From NCBI GenBank assembly GCA_963664435.2, contig CAXXKM010000003.1, forward strand, positions 1,152,001 through 1,216,000: a stretch of DNA of 64,000 nucleotides, written 5' to 3'. Of this stretch, positions 17,658 through 26,092 are shown piece by piece. The position numbers were made by a program, and so were the translations under genes. Origin of the DNA: Longimicrobiales bacterium (GTDB lineage Bacteria > Gemmatimonadota > Gemmatimonadetes > Longimicrobiales > Gaopeijiaceae). Position 1 is the first letter of the stretch; every line of letters begins with the position of its first letter. Under the pieces are notes generated by a model. That model had not been told where the DNA came from. It saw only the letters and a program-made list of their open reading frames with translations, and ran no database searches.

Positions 17658-20237
17658 TCAGTTCGTGACGACCACGGCCCGGTACTCCGTTGGGTCCCGA
17701 AGGCCGTAGCCCTCACCCGTGACCTGTAGAACGCGGACCCGGTACAGAGCGAACTGGTTGCGGTCCGGCACGTGGAACTGCATGAGGGAACCCGGCCGGA
17801 GAACGCCCGCCACGACGATCTGATGGCGCTCCCCTGTTCCGGATTCGTACAGCTCAAGACCGGGAGCCCGCACGGCGTCGATTGTGGGACCCTCCAACTG
17901 CAGCAGGACGCCGATATCGGCTCTCGCTGCCGGCCCACTCCACTCGACCGTCAGGAAACCCGGATCCGGTACGGTGGCGGCCGGGGCGGTTGGCGCTATC
18001 GCATCACCGGTGCATGACCAGGTCATTGCGGCTGCGAGCAGCACGGTGAGCGCCCATCCGGCCTTGCCCGCCCGGCGACCCGTGCCGCGGACTCGCGAGC
18101 GTCCGCGGCGCCTGGAGTTCCCCCGCCGTCCGGCTGCCGCAGCCCCGAGGAGGGCGGCGCCCGAGGTGGGACTGGAATCGGTAGGTGTTCCTCCGCACCG
18201 GGCTTCACCTCTTCGGCAGCGCTCGATCCAGGAGAGCAGGTCCCCGAGATCGTAGCCGCCGTTCCGGTTGCCCAGAAGGTCGAGCGCGGCCTGCCGGGCC
18301 TCGCTGAGCGTCCCCTCACCGAACAGCGCCGCGGCGGCCTCGTCCGGGCTCAACCCGTCCGCTACGGCCAGCGCCTCGTCCGCGACAGCCAACGGGTCTT
18401 CCACCACATCGCCGCTGGCCACGTCACCCGAGCTCGCCGACTGCCGCCAGTCCACCTTATGGCTCGGGTCGTGGCCCAGCCCCGCGTGCGTCAGGTCTGC
18501 GTCCGCACCTGTAGCCTTGGACCTGATCGTGCCACCGTTGAGCCGAAGCGTGTTCGCGACCACCGCGATCCCTTGGGTTGAAAGATTAGGCTCCACCACC
18601 ACGTGGGCGAACGTCATGTCGTCCCCTCCGCCGCTCTCGTAGCTGGCCCACTTCTCGCCCCAGTGCGCCGGGTCCATGTCGATCTTCAGCTGCGGCGTGC
18701 CCGTCACCTCCACCGGCTGGCTGAAAGTCAGCGTCACGCGGATCGTATCGCCCAAGACATAGGTGCTGTCCGCGCCGGCGTCCGATGACACGTTCACGCC
18801 GGTCGCCTCCGGCGCCGACGGCCCCTGGATCGTCGCCGAGGGGGAGTTCGACAGCGGTCGACCGTCCGGCGTGCAGATCGCGGCTGCCGCCGAGCAATCG
18901 GTCGTCGCCGCCAGCGTCACGGTCACGTCCTCGGAAGAGAGCGGCCGCACCGTGATGATCCAGCGCTGGTTCTGGTTCTGCGCCGCCCGGCGCGCGCGCG
19001 TCACTTTGCCGTTCGTCGCACTAAGCGCCTCGTCCCTGAGCTTCTTGTAGGGCAGCTTCCCGGGGAAGTTCTCGCTGAAACGAAGCTCGAAGCTAAAGTC
19101 GGCGCGCCTGCCGCCGTGCGAGGCCGGCACGTCGTGGAACGCCGCCGTCAGCGGTGCACTGTCGTCCGAGGCGGTCACAGACACGGGTTTCGAGGGCGCG
19201 AAACTACCCCCCGCCTCGAGCGAAACACGGAAGCTGTAGACCGTCCCGGCGCTCAGTCCGGTCACTGTGTGCGCCACCGCGTCGGCGGCAAGCTTCGCCA
19301 CCCTGCTCCAGGTCCCATCCGCCTGCTGCTGTTGCACTTCGCTCCAGACCTCACCCACCGACGCCGCCTGCGCTACCCACACGGCTTGATCCGGTAGCGT
19401 CCATGCTAGGTCGACCGTAGTCTGTGTCGCGTTCGACGCCGTCAAGCCGGTGGGCGGTTTCAGATGCTCCTGCGTACTCGTCCACGTCGCGACTTCGGAA
19501 TTCGCCTGATAGTTGTCGGTGAAGTGACTGACGCGGAAGTAATCAGTGTGACCCCATCCGTGTGATATCCTCATTGTTCGCGAGGTTGAGTCCGCATGGA
19601 TTGGCGCCAGTCCATAAAAGTGGAAATCCGGGTATGCCGACACGTGAACTTCCACCTTGGTCACGACCACGCCCTCGGGGTGGACGGGCGGCGTCCAGGA
19701 CAGATCGACCGTCTTCCCGAACTCGTTCGAAAACGTGAGGTCCGTCGCGGGCTTCGGAGCCAGGATGGTCACCGGCGCGTCGGAGAACTTCGGCACCAAG
19801 GTGCCGTCGGTGTAGAGCAGGGCCGCGGGTATCCCATTCGGGTACCCCGGAGAGGGGGGCGAGTTGGGGACCTCGTCCGGATCGTAGCTCACCGTGACTG
19901 TCTGCCCCGGTTCCGCACGCGTGTCGAATTCGAGTGTGGCCGTCCAGGCGTTCCACTTCATCTCAGTCGGATGCACGCTGGCGCTGTCCGAGATCCCGGC
20001 GACCGTGAACCCGTGCACGACCTGTTTGGGCATCCCTAACCCCACCGCCTTATCGAATCGGAGTGTCAGCGTCGTCCCGTCGATCCTCGCGTACTCCAGC
20101 CCCGGGGGCATGGTGTCCTGTGCCGCAGCAGTCCCGGCACCCGCCAGCAGGGCGAGGGCCAGGGCGAGTGCCGCCTGCCACGGACGCGCGAGGCACGCCA
20201 ATCCGTCCGGCTTAGTCCTTTGACCAATCATGTTCAT
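17658..20237 (-). CDS. Large secreted/surface protein (SwmB-like, fibronectin type III and Ig-like domains)
   Basis: Signal peptide ...AGTAAA-QD; GTTLTLRFD...VTVSY; PPTGLTASNATQTTVDLAW...GLSAGTVYSFRV (Fn3); late hydrophobic segment. Confidence 0.8.
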   Translation of the reverse strand: MNMIGQRTKPDGLACLARPWQAALALALALLAGAGTAAAQDTMPPGLEYARIDGTTLTLRFDKAVGLGMPKQVVHGFTVAGISDSASVHPTEMKWNAWTATLEFDTRAEPGQTVTVSYDPDEVPNSPPSPGYPNGIPAALLYTDGTLVPKFSDAPVTILAPKPATDLTFSNEFGKTVDLSWTPPVHPEGVVVTKVEVHVSAYPDFHFYGLAPIHADSTSRTMRISHGWGHTDYFRVSHFTDNYQANSEVATWTSTQEHLKPPTGLTASNATQTTVDLAWTLPDQAVWVAQAASVGEVWSEVQQQQADGTWSRVAKLAADAVAHTVTGLSAGTVYSFRVSLEAGGSFAPSKPVSVTASDDSAPLTAAFHDVPASHGGRRADFSFELRFSENFPGKLPYKKLRDEALSATNGKVTRARRAAQNQNQRWIITVRPLSSEDVTVTLAATTDCSAAAAICTPDGRPLSNSPSATIQGPSAPEATGVNVSSDAGADSTYVLGDTIRVTLTFSQPVEVTGTPQLKIDMDPAHWGEKWASYESGGGDDMTFAHVVVEPNLSTQGIAVVANTLRLNGGTIRSKATGADADLTHAGLGHDPSHKVDWRQSASSGDVASGDVVEDPLAVADEALAVADGLSPDEAAAALFGEGTLSEARQAALDLLGNRNGGYDLGDLLSWIERCRRGEARCGGTPTDSSPTSGAALLGAAAAGRRGNSRRRGRSRVRGTGRRAGKAGWALTVLLAAAMTWSCTGDAIAPTAPAATVPDPGFLTVEWSGPAARADIGVLLQLEGPTIDAVRAPGLELYESGTGERHQIVVAGVLRPGSLMQFHVPDRNQFALYRVRVLQVTGEGYGLRDPTEYRAVVVTN

Positions 20238-20266
20238 CCTCGAGTTCGCCTCCTGTTTCGCAGGGA

Positions 20267-20304
20267 GTTTTGCGCGCGATAACGGGATTTATCGCGCGCA
20301 AAAC
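20267..20304. repeat. lox/dif-like recombination site 1
   Basis: GTTTTGCGCGCGATAA-CGGGAT-TTATCGCGCGCAAAAC: 16-bp perfect arms around an asymmetric 6-bp core. Confidence 0.8.
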
Positions 20305-20338
20305 GCGCGGTCCTTGCGACCGAACCGGAGGCCACTCG

Positions 20339-21322
20339 ATGCCAGATGCAGACACAAAACCACACATAGATGCCTTGACCGGTGCAGAATCAGACGCGGA
20401 GGTGGCGGAGCAGTTAGCTCGCTTCTTCGAGACGGTTAGCAGCGCCTTCAGCCGCAACACGGAACGGGCGCTGAGGGCCGACCTGCGGGTATTCCTCGCC
20501 TGGTGCCAGCAGGACGGCATGTTGGCCGTGCCCGCGGGCCCCAACACCTTGATCGCCTTCATCGACGACGTGGGCAGCAGCAGGGCTCCGGCCACCGTGC
20601 GCCGCTACGTATCCAGCATCGCTACGCTCCACAAGACGCTACGCCTGCCGAACCCGGCGGACAGCACGGCCGTGAAGCTGGCCCTCCAGCGGATGTACCG
20701 GAACCGGGGACGCAGACAAACGCAGGTGACGGGGCTGACCTGGCCGCTCCGGAACCGACTGATCAAGGCGGCGGGAAAGCGGCTGATCGACGCGCGGAAT
20801 CGCGCGCTGCTAGCCGTGGCCTACGACACGCTGTTGCGCCGATCCGAACTGGTGTCGCTGGACGTGTCCGACCTGGTGGAGGAAGCCGATGGTTCCGCAA
20901 CGCTGCTCGTGCGAACGAGCAAGACGGATCCCGAGGGGGCAGGCGCCATGCTCTTTCTCGCGCGCGACACGGTGAGGATCGTCAAGATATGGCTCGGCCG
21001 CAGCGGGACGGCCGGGGGGCGGCTGTTCCGTTCGGTCCGTAAGGACGGCTCGGTGGGGGAGCAACTCCCTCCGAGTCAGGTGCCCCGCATCTACAAGTCG
21101 ATGGCCCTGCGTGCCGGGCTTCCCGCCGACACCGTGGACGCCTTGGCGGGGCACAGCACGCGCGTGGGGCCGGTTCAAGACATGATTGCCTGCGGAATCG
21201 AGTTACCGGCGATCCTGCAGGCCGGGCGCTGGAAGAGTGCGCGGATGGTGCAACGCTACGGCGAGCGACTGCTGGCGCGACGTAGCGGCGCGGCGCAATT
21301 GGCCGCCAGGCAGCAGCGCTGA
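20339..21322 (+). CDS. Cre-like tyrosine recombinase
   Basis: SAM-like N-terminal domain (SRNTERALRADL, APATVRRYVSSI), LLRRSEL, SKTD, GHSTRVG, AGRWKS, RY; GGAGG RBS. Confidence 0.92.
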   Translation: MPDADTKPHIDALTGAESDAEVAEQLARFFETVSSAFSRNTERALRADLRVFLAWCQQDGMLAVPAGPNTLIAFIDDVGSSRAPATVRRYVSSIATLHKTLRLPNPADSTAVKLALQRMYRNRGRRQTQVTGLTWPLRNRLIKAAGKRLIDARNRALLAVAYDTLLRRSELVSLDVSDLVEEADGSATLLVRTSKTDPEGAGAMLFLARDTVRIVKIWLGRSGTAGGRLFRSVRKDGSVGEQLPPSQVPRIYKSMALRAGLPADTVDALAGHSTRVGPVQDMIACGIELPAILQAGRWKSARMVQRYGERLLARRSGAAQLAARQQR

Positions 21323-21467
21323 AGATTGCCTCTTCGTAGAGGTCTTAAGGACTTGCGGCCGACGGTCGGCATGACCGCTGCTCCCGGTCCTCTTCCTCCG
21401 ACTGGCGCCCGAGACTGCGGTCACATATCTTTTGACGGCGTCACAGAGATGCGATCAACTAGCTGTA

Positions 21468-21497
21468 GCGCGCGATAAATCCCGTTATCGCGCGCAA
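21468..21497. repeat. lox/dif-like recombination site 2 (inverted relative to site 1)
   Basis: GCGCGCGATAA-ATCCCG-TTATCGCGCGCAA, the exact reverse complement of 20270-20299. Confidence 0.8.
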
Positions 21498-21703
21498 CGC
21501 GGACCGAAGATGTTCTGAGGACATCACCCATTCGGGCCCTCCTGTTCCATCAATTGGCGTCTTCCGGGCGAATATCGAATCACTGTGCCCGTCAAGTCGC
21601 TCTCTTTATTCACACCCGGCAGGGCTCGCCGCGTTCCTTAGGGAACCCGCGGCCGGCCGACGGACTGAATCGCCGTTCGGCCTGCCGGACTGGCTGAGAC
21701 CTC

Positions 21704-22170
21704 TTGCAAGGAGCATGCCCGTCGCATTGGGCAGCGCTCGCATCGTGGCGGGGCGGGAGGCAGGGGTGTGCCGAGGGCCTGTTACCTTCGTTGCTCCGTC
21801 ATGGCCAAGCAGCCATCCGCTACCATCACCGCGAAGCGGGACACGCGAACCCGGCCGACAACAAAGGGGTGTGCCGCGTCCTGGGCATCACCGGCCCGGC
21901 TGCGAAAGACCGCACCACGAAACAGGCTGCCGCGCTGACGGCCCGGGCGGTGGAGGCGATCCGTACTACCGCCCATGTGACGTGCACCGGACCCTGGGCG
22001 GTCGGACCGAGGACGCGCACGGCCCGCCACCGCAGACGCGTGGGCATGGCGCTCATTCAGTGATGCGGGACGCCATGCTTCGCCGCTCCGAGAATGTCGC
22101 GGTCATCTGAGCCGACGTGGGATTCGAGAACGACGGGTCGGCAGGGGTCTTTCATGCGCCGCTCAAAGAG
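21704..22170 (+). pseudogene. Degenerate Cre-like recombinase fragment
   Basis: AAIRYHHREAGHANPADNKGV, KQAAALTARAVEAIR and VMRDAMLRRSE occur in different frames. Confidence 0.6.
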
Positions 22171-22368
22171 CGACTAGGAGGCCAACTGGGCCACGGCCAA
22201 ACTTAGGTGGGACCGTTGCGACCGAACTACGGGCGACCCACGGCCCGCACACACCTCTCCCACGCGCCTGTCTTCAGCGTGCGTTGGTGGTGCCGCCTCG
22301 AAGCATTTGCACCGGATCGGTATGGCGGGGACCTCGTGGACCACGCCCCGCCTCGTTAACGTACTGGC

Positions 22369-22944
22369 ATGGGCAAGCAACCGGGCAGGGTCGAGGAAAG
22401 CAGCGCGCTCAACCGCGCGAAGCGTATGGGGGCGTTCATCAAGGGTGCTGGCGCGGCGTGGCGGGGGATTACGGCCGTCGGGATCCCGCCGGTAGCCCTG
22501 CGTGTGTACACGCAAGTAACCGACACCATGGGCAGTTGGGTGTGGATCGCGTCGGCCTCATGGGTCGCCGTCGGCATCGTCCTGTTCTTGCTGGTGCGGT
22601 GGCAACGAAAGAGGGTCACGGTCGCCGAAAAACGGGACCTGATGCTCGATCTGCTGAGTAACCTGCACTGGTTGACGCCAAGGTATCAGCACGACCGATA
22701 CAGTCCGATACCGGGACTCTTGAACCGAGCTAGGTGTGTCTTCGTCGAGGACTCAAGGGTCATGAAGTGGCTGAATCAGATGCTGGACAAGCCCGGTCAT
22801 CTTACCGTCCATTTCCCCGAGTTGATGGAGGCCATGTCCGAAGTCACCGGCACACCGGTTCCCGATAATCTGGAAACATGCTTCGTTGCCGGAGAGCGCG
22901 TCGAGCCGCATGACGCTGAAGAACACGCACACGCCAGCGGCTGA
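22369..22944 (+). CDS. Hypothetical membrane-anchored protein
   Basis: Open ORF with TM segment and helical C-terminal domain; start uncertain. Confidence 0.5.
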   Translation: MGKQPGRVEESSALNRAKRMGAFIKGAGAAWRGITAVGIPPVALRVYTQVTDTMGSWVWIASASWVAVGIVLFLLVRWQRKRVTVAEKRDLMLDLLSNLHWLTPRYQHDRYSPIPGLLNRARCVFVEDSRVMKWLNQMLDKPGHLTVHFPELMEAMSEVTGTPVPDNLETCFVAGERVEPHDAEEHAHASG

Positions 22945-23049
22945 GGCCGTCTACGGTCTGGAGGCCGAAGGGGAACATCCCCAAAGAGGATCCATAACCG
23001 GCCACCAACGCCTGTGCAGCGTGAGGTTGGAGTCCCCCGGTTGGTGGAC

Positions 23050-23400
23050 ACTCTCAAGCGTTGGATTTCAAGGCGCGGATAGTGGAATTGGTGTGGGGCG
23101 GGGCGAAGCCCGGACCATCTGGCGAAGGGAATCTGAGCCGTTTGGCGACAGCGATTCGGCGCTGGGTAAAGCAGGCGGACCTGGAACGAAGGGCTTCGCA
23201 AGGATGGGATGACGACGGTCGAGCGCAGAGAGGTTCGCGAGCTGAGGCGTGAGCTTCGCCGGGTGAGGCTTGAGCGGGACATCTTGGCAAGAGCCACGGC
23301 CTAGTTCGCGAGGGAGAGCGGCAAGATCCCCGGATACCCTGTCACGGCTCGGCACGGATGGGTCGTAGTGATCGGAAGACTTCCCGCGATCCAAGGGAGA
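23050..23400 (+). pseudogene. IS3-family transposase remnant
   Basis: FKARIVELV...AIRRWVKQAD..., ELRRVRLERDILAKAT with frameshifts and stops. Confidence 0.6.
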
Positions 23401-23919
23401 ACGCGCCCCGAGGCGCTAGGAATTCACGGACTCGCCGACGCCCATCCCGACCTGCCGGCTGGGGGAGCGCCACGACGGACGGCTCCACGCGTCACGCCTC
23501 CCGCCGTCGTAAGCCTGGCGGTGGTCCCCAGTTGGAGTTGCGGACGGCGACCTCGCACACGACCGCGTTGGTTGACATCGACCGTGATCGGGCCGTGCTC
23601 CGCCAGGCCACGGAGACGGCGCCAGTCCTCGCCCAACAGCGGCGGTCTTCCAGCGTCTTAGTCGGGATACGCTCCCCCGGACGTTGAATGCTAAGAAGAA
23701 CAGTAGGTCGGGCGTCGCCGCCTTTGAAGGGCTTCGCCGTGCTCTGACTGCCGCCGCTGCTGTTCCCTCTCCGATTGCGTCCTACGTTGGCAGGACAAAT
23801 GCCGTTGTCGTATCTTCCCGTCGACGCTCCAGCTCCCGAGATTCCCCTGCGACGAAGAATAAGGATTGCGACAGCAATGGTAGGCACGGCATCCGACCGC
23901 GGCACCACGATCGGCTCCG

Positions 23920-24170
23920 AGGTCGCGTTGTGGGTAATGGCCAACATGCTCGGCTTGATGGATGCCGGCGAGTACAGGCATGTGGTGCTCGGGCTCCTCT
24001 TCGTAAAGGGCATCTCGGACGCCTTCGAGGACCGCCGCGCTACCGTGCTGGCCGAGTGGGGGGAAGAGGCGCCGGAAGACCGCGATGAGTACGTCGCGGA
24101 CATCTTTCTGCGTCCCGCTGAAAGCCCGCTGGGAGCACCCGAAGGCTGGGGGCTCGCCGTCGGCCTTGAC
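23920..24170 (+). pseudogene. Type I R-M HsdM N-terminal fragment
   Basis: ALW..AN.L..MDAGEYRHVVLGLLFVKGISDAFE...EDRDEY; truncated. Confidence 0.7.
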
Positions 24171-24288
24171 CACGATTGGATGCCAGAGCAATCACGACAG
24201 ACAGTGCACTCTATCCCCTCGACGCAGTCGACCTTCCTCACCGTTTCCGTGCTCACACACGGAATCCTATCCCGGGAGTACCTAACAC

Positions 24289-25368
24289 TTGACACAGCTA
24301 ACGTCGGAAATTGACGCTGCACGCCGTCGCGTCGTGTCGGATGGTTATGACATGTCGCTAGGTGAGCTGATCAGTCTCTACAGAGAAGAGGAACTGTTTA
24401 TCAACCCGGTCTATCAACGCTATTTTCGTTGGAACCACTCCCAGAAGACGCGCTTCATCGAGTCGCTATTGCTGGGAATACCGACTCCCCCGATTTTCGT
24501 ATTCCAGCGGCCCGAGGGAACCTGGGAGCTCATCGATGGCCTGCAGCGGCTCTCCACTGTGTTCGAGTTCGTCGGCGTACTAAAGGACAATGGTGAACCG
24601 CGTGAGGCTTCCAGTCTTTCGGGCACGAACCTCGTTCCAAGCCTCGCTGGCGTCAAGTGGACCTCGCTGCCTCGCGTAAATCGCCTTGATCTCAGGCGCT
24701 CGCGCATACGCGTCGAGATTCTCAAGAAGGAGAGTGATGAGGAAGCGAAATTCGAACTCTTCCAGAGGCTCAATACAGGGGGATCTCATCTCTCAGCACA
24801 GGAAGTTCGGAATTGTGTGCTGGTGATGGTGAAACAGGCCTTTCATGATTGGCTAAAAGCTCTGACCGAATATCCGTCATTTAGGACGACTGTGGTTCTT
24901 AGCGAGGCTGCGCGCCAGGAACAGCGAGATATGGAAATCGTCCTTCGATACATTGCATATCGACGTTCACCATATTCGCCGGGTCGCGACGTTAATGAAT
25001 ACTTGGATCACGCCGCCCTGCGGCTTGCACGAGACATGACTTCCGAGTCGCGCCAACAAGAGGAAGAAGGCTTTCACAGAAGCTTCGATTTGCTGGAATC
25101 AGCCTTGGCTGGTGACGCGTTCAAGAAATGGAATGGGCATGAGCATGGTGGCGGTTTTCTGATTTCGGGATTCGACGCCATCGCTCACGGCTTGGCCTGC
25201 AATCAAGAGGAGATTTGCAATCAAGCGGACCCGCCTTCCTGGGTAAGGGACCGGGTTCGCTCGGTCTGGCAAGAAGAAGAGTTTCAGAAGTACTCTGGGC
25301 AAGGGGTACGTGGAACAACGAGACTGAGATATCTATTGCCATTCGGCGAAACTTACTTTGCACCATGA
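24289..25368 (+). CDS. DUF262 (ParB/Srx-fold, GmrS-like) protein
   Basis: INPVYQRYFRW, FIESLLLGIPTPPIF, IDGLQRLST, FQRLNTGG. Confidence 0.88.
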   Translation: MTQLTSEIDAARRRVVSDGYDMSLGELISLYREEELFINPVYQRYFRWNHSQKTRFIESLLLGIPTPPIFVFQRPEGTWELIDGLQRLSTVFEFVGVLKDNGEPREASSLSGTNLVPSLAGVKWTSLPRVNRLDLRRSRIRVEILKKESDEEAKFELFQRLNTGGSHLSAQEVRNCVLVMVKQAFHDWLKALTEYPSFRTTVVLSEAARQEQRDMEIVLRYIAYRRSPYSPGRDVNEYLDHAALRLARDMTSESRQQEEEGFHRSFDLLESALAGDAFKKWNGHEHGGGFLISGFDAIAHGLACNQEEICNQADPPSWVRDRVRSVWQEEEFQKYSGQGVRGTTRLRYLLPFGETYFAP

Positions 25369-26018
25369 TGAAAATCCGAACCGCTGAACAGCTTCAAGAG
25401 GTCCTAGATGCCGATTTTAGTTGGCGCCTGAAGGAGATTGCTGATATTCGGTCAGCGGCTGAGTCAGCGAGATTGGGATCGCAGAAAACGCTAATTCGGG
25501 CTGGCGTGGCGCTATTATATGCGCATTGGGAAGGGTTTGTCAAGCAGAGCACCACAACCTATATACGCTATGTGTCATGCCAACGTCTGCGACACTCGGA
25601 GCTGCGATCGTGCTTTGTGGCGCTTAGCTTAAAGGCAAGGCTTCATCAAATTGGTGAGTCCAATAAGGCCAACGTCAATGTCCAGGCGTTGGAGGCCATC
25701 CTGGACGGACAGCGCCAACGTGCAAGTTTCGCGTGGCGGGATCCGATTACGAAGACCGCCAACATGAAATCGACGGTGTTTGTTGAGATCGCGTGCTGGG
25801 TCGGTCTCAATGTGACACGGTACGAACCAAAGTGGCGTTTTATTGATGATCGGCTTGTGAAACGTCGGAACGCCATCGCCCACGGTGGCGGAGGCGATCT
25901 CGAGCTAGATGAGACGGGATTCAAGGAGCTAGCGGGGGGTGTGATTGAACTGTTGCGGTGGTTCAAGACGGATATCGAGAATGCAGTGTCCAACAGAGCT
26001 TTCCTAAGAGCGGGATGA
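25365..26018 (+). CDS. MAE_28990/MAE_18760-like HEPN nuclease
   Basis: LLYAHWEGFVK and RRNAIAHG (Rx4H); ATGA coupling to the DUF262 gene. Confidence 0.82.
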   Translation: MMKIRTAEQLQEVLDADFSWRLKEIADIRSAAESARLGSQKTLIRAGVALLYAHWEGFVKQSTTTYIRYVSCQRLRHSELRSCFVALSLKARLHQIGESNKANVNVQALEAILDGQRQRASFAWRDPITKTANMKSTVFVEIACWVGLNVTRYEPKWRFIDDRLVKRRNAIAHGGGGDLELDETGFKELAGGVIELLRWFKTDIENAVSNRAFLRAG

Positions 26019-26092
26019 AGAGACAGACCAGTATGGACCGGAGCGAGCGGACCAAACACGTCGCTTTAGCATCCCTGGAAGGGGATGCTGCC

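Noticed and set aside
23695..23760. Minus-strand GCACGGCGAAGCC...GGCGACGC resembling a c-di-GMP-I riboswitch
   Set aside because: Lacks the GAAA tetraloop and the GCAAAG junction, and no clear downstream gene; at most a decayed copy. Needs an Infernal search.
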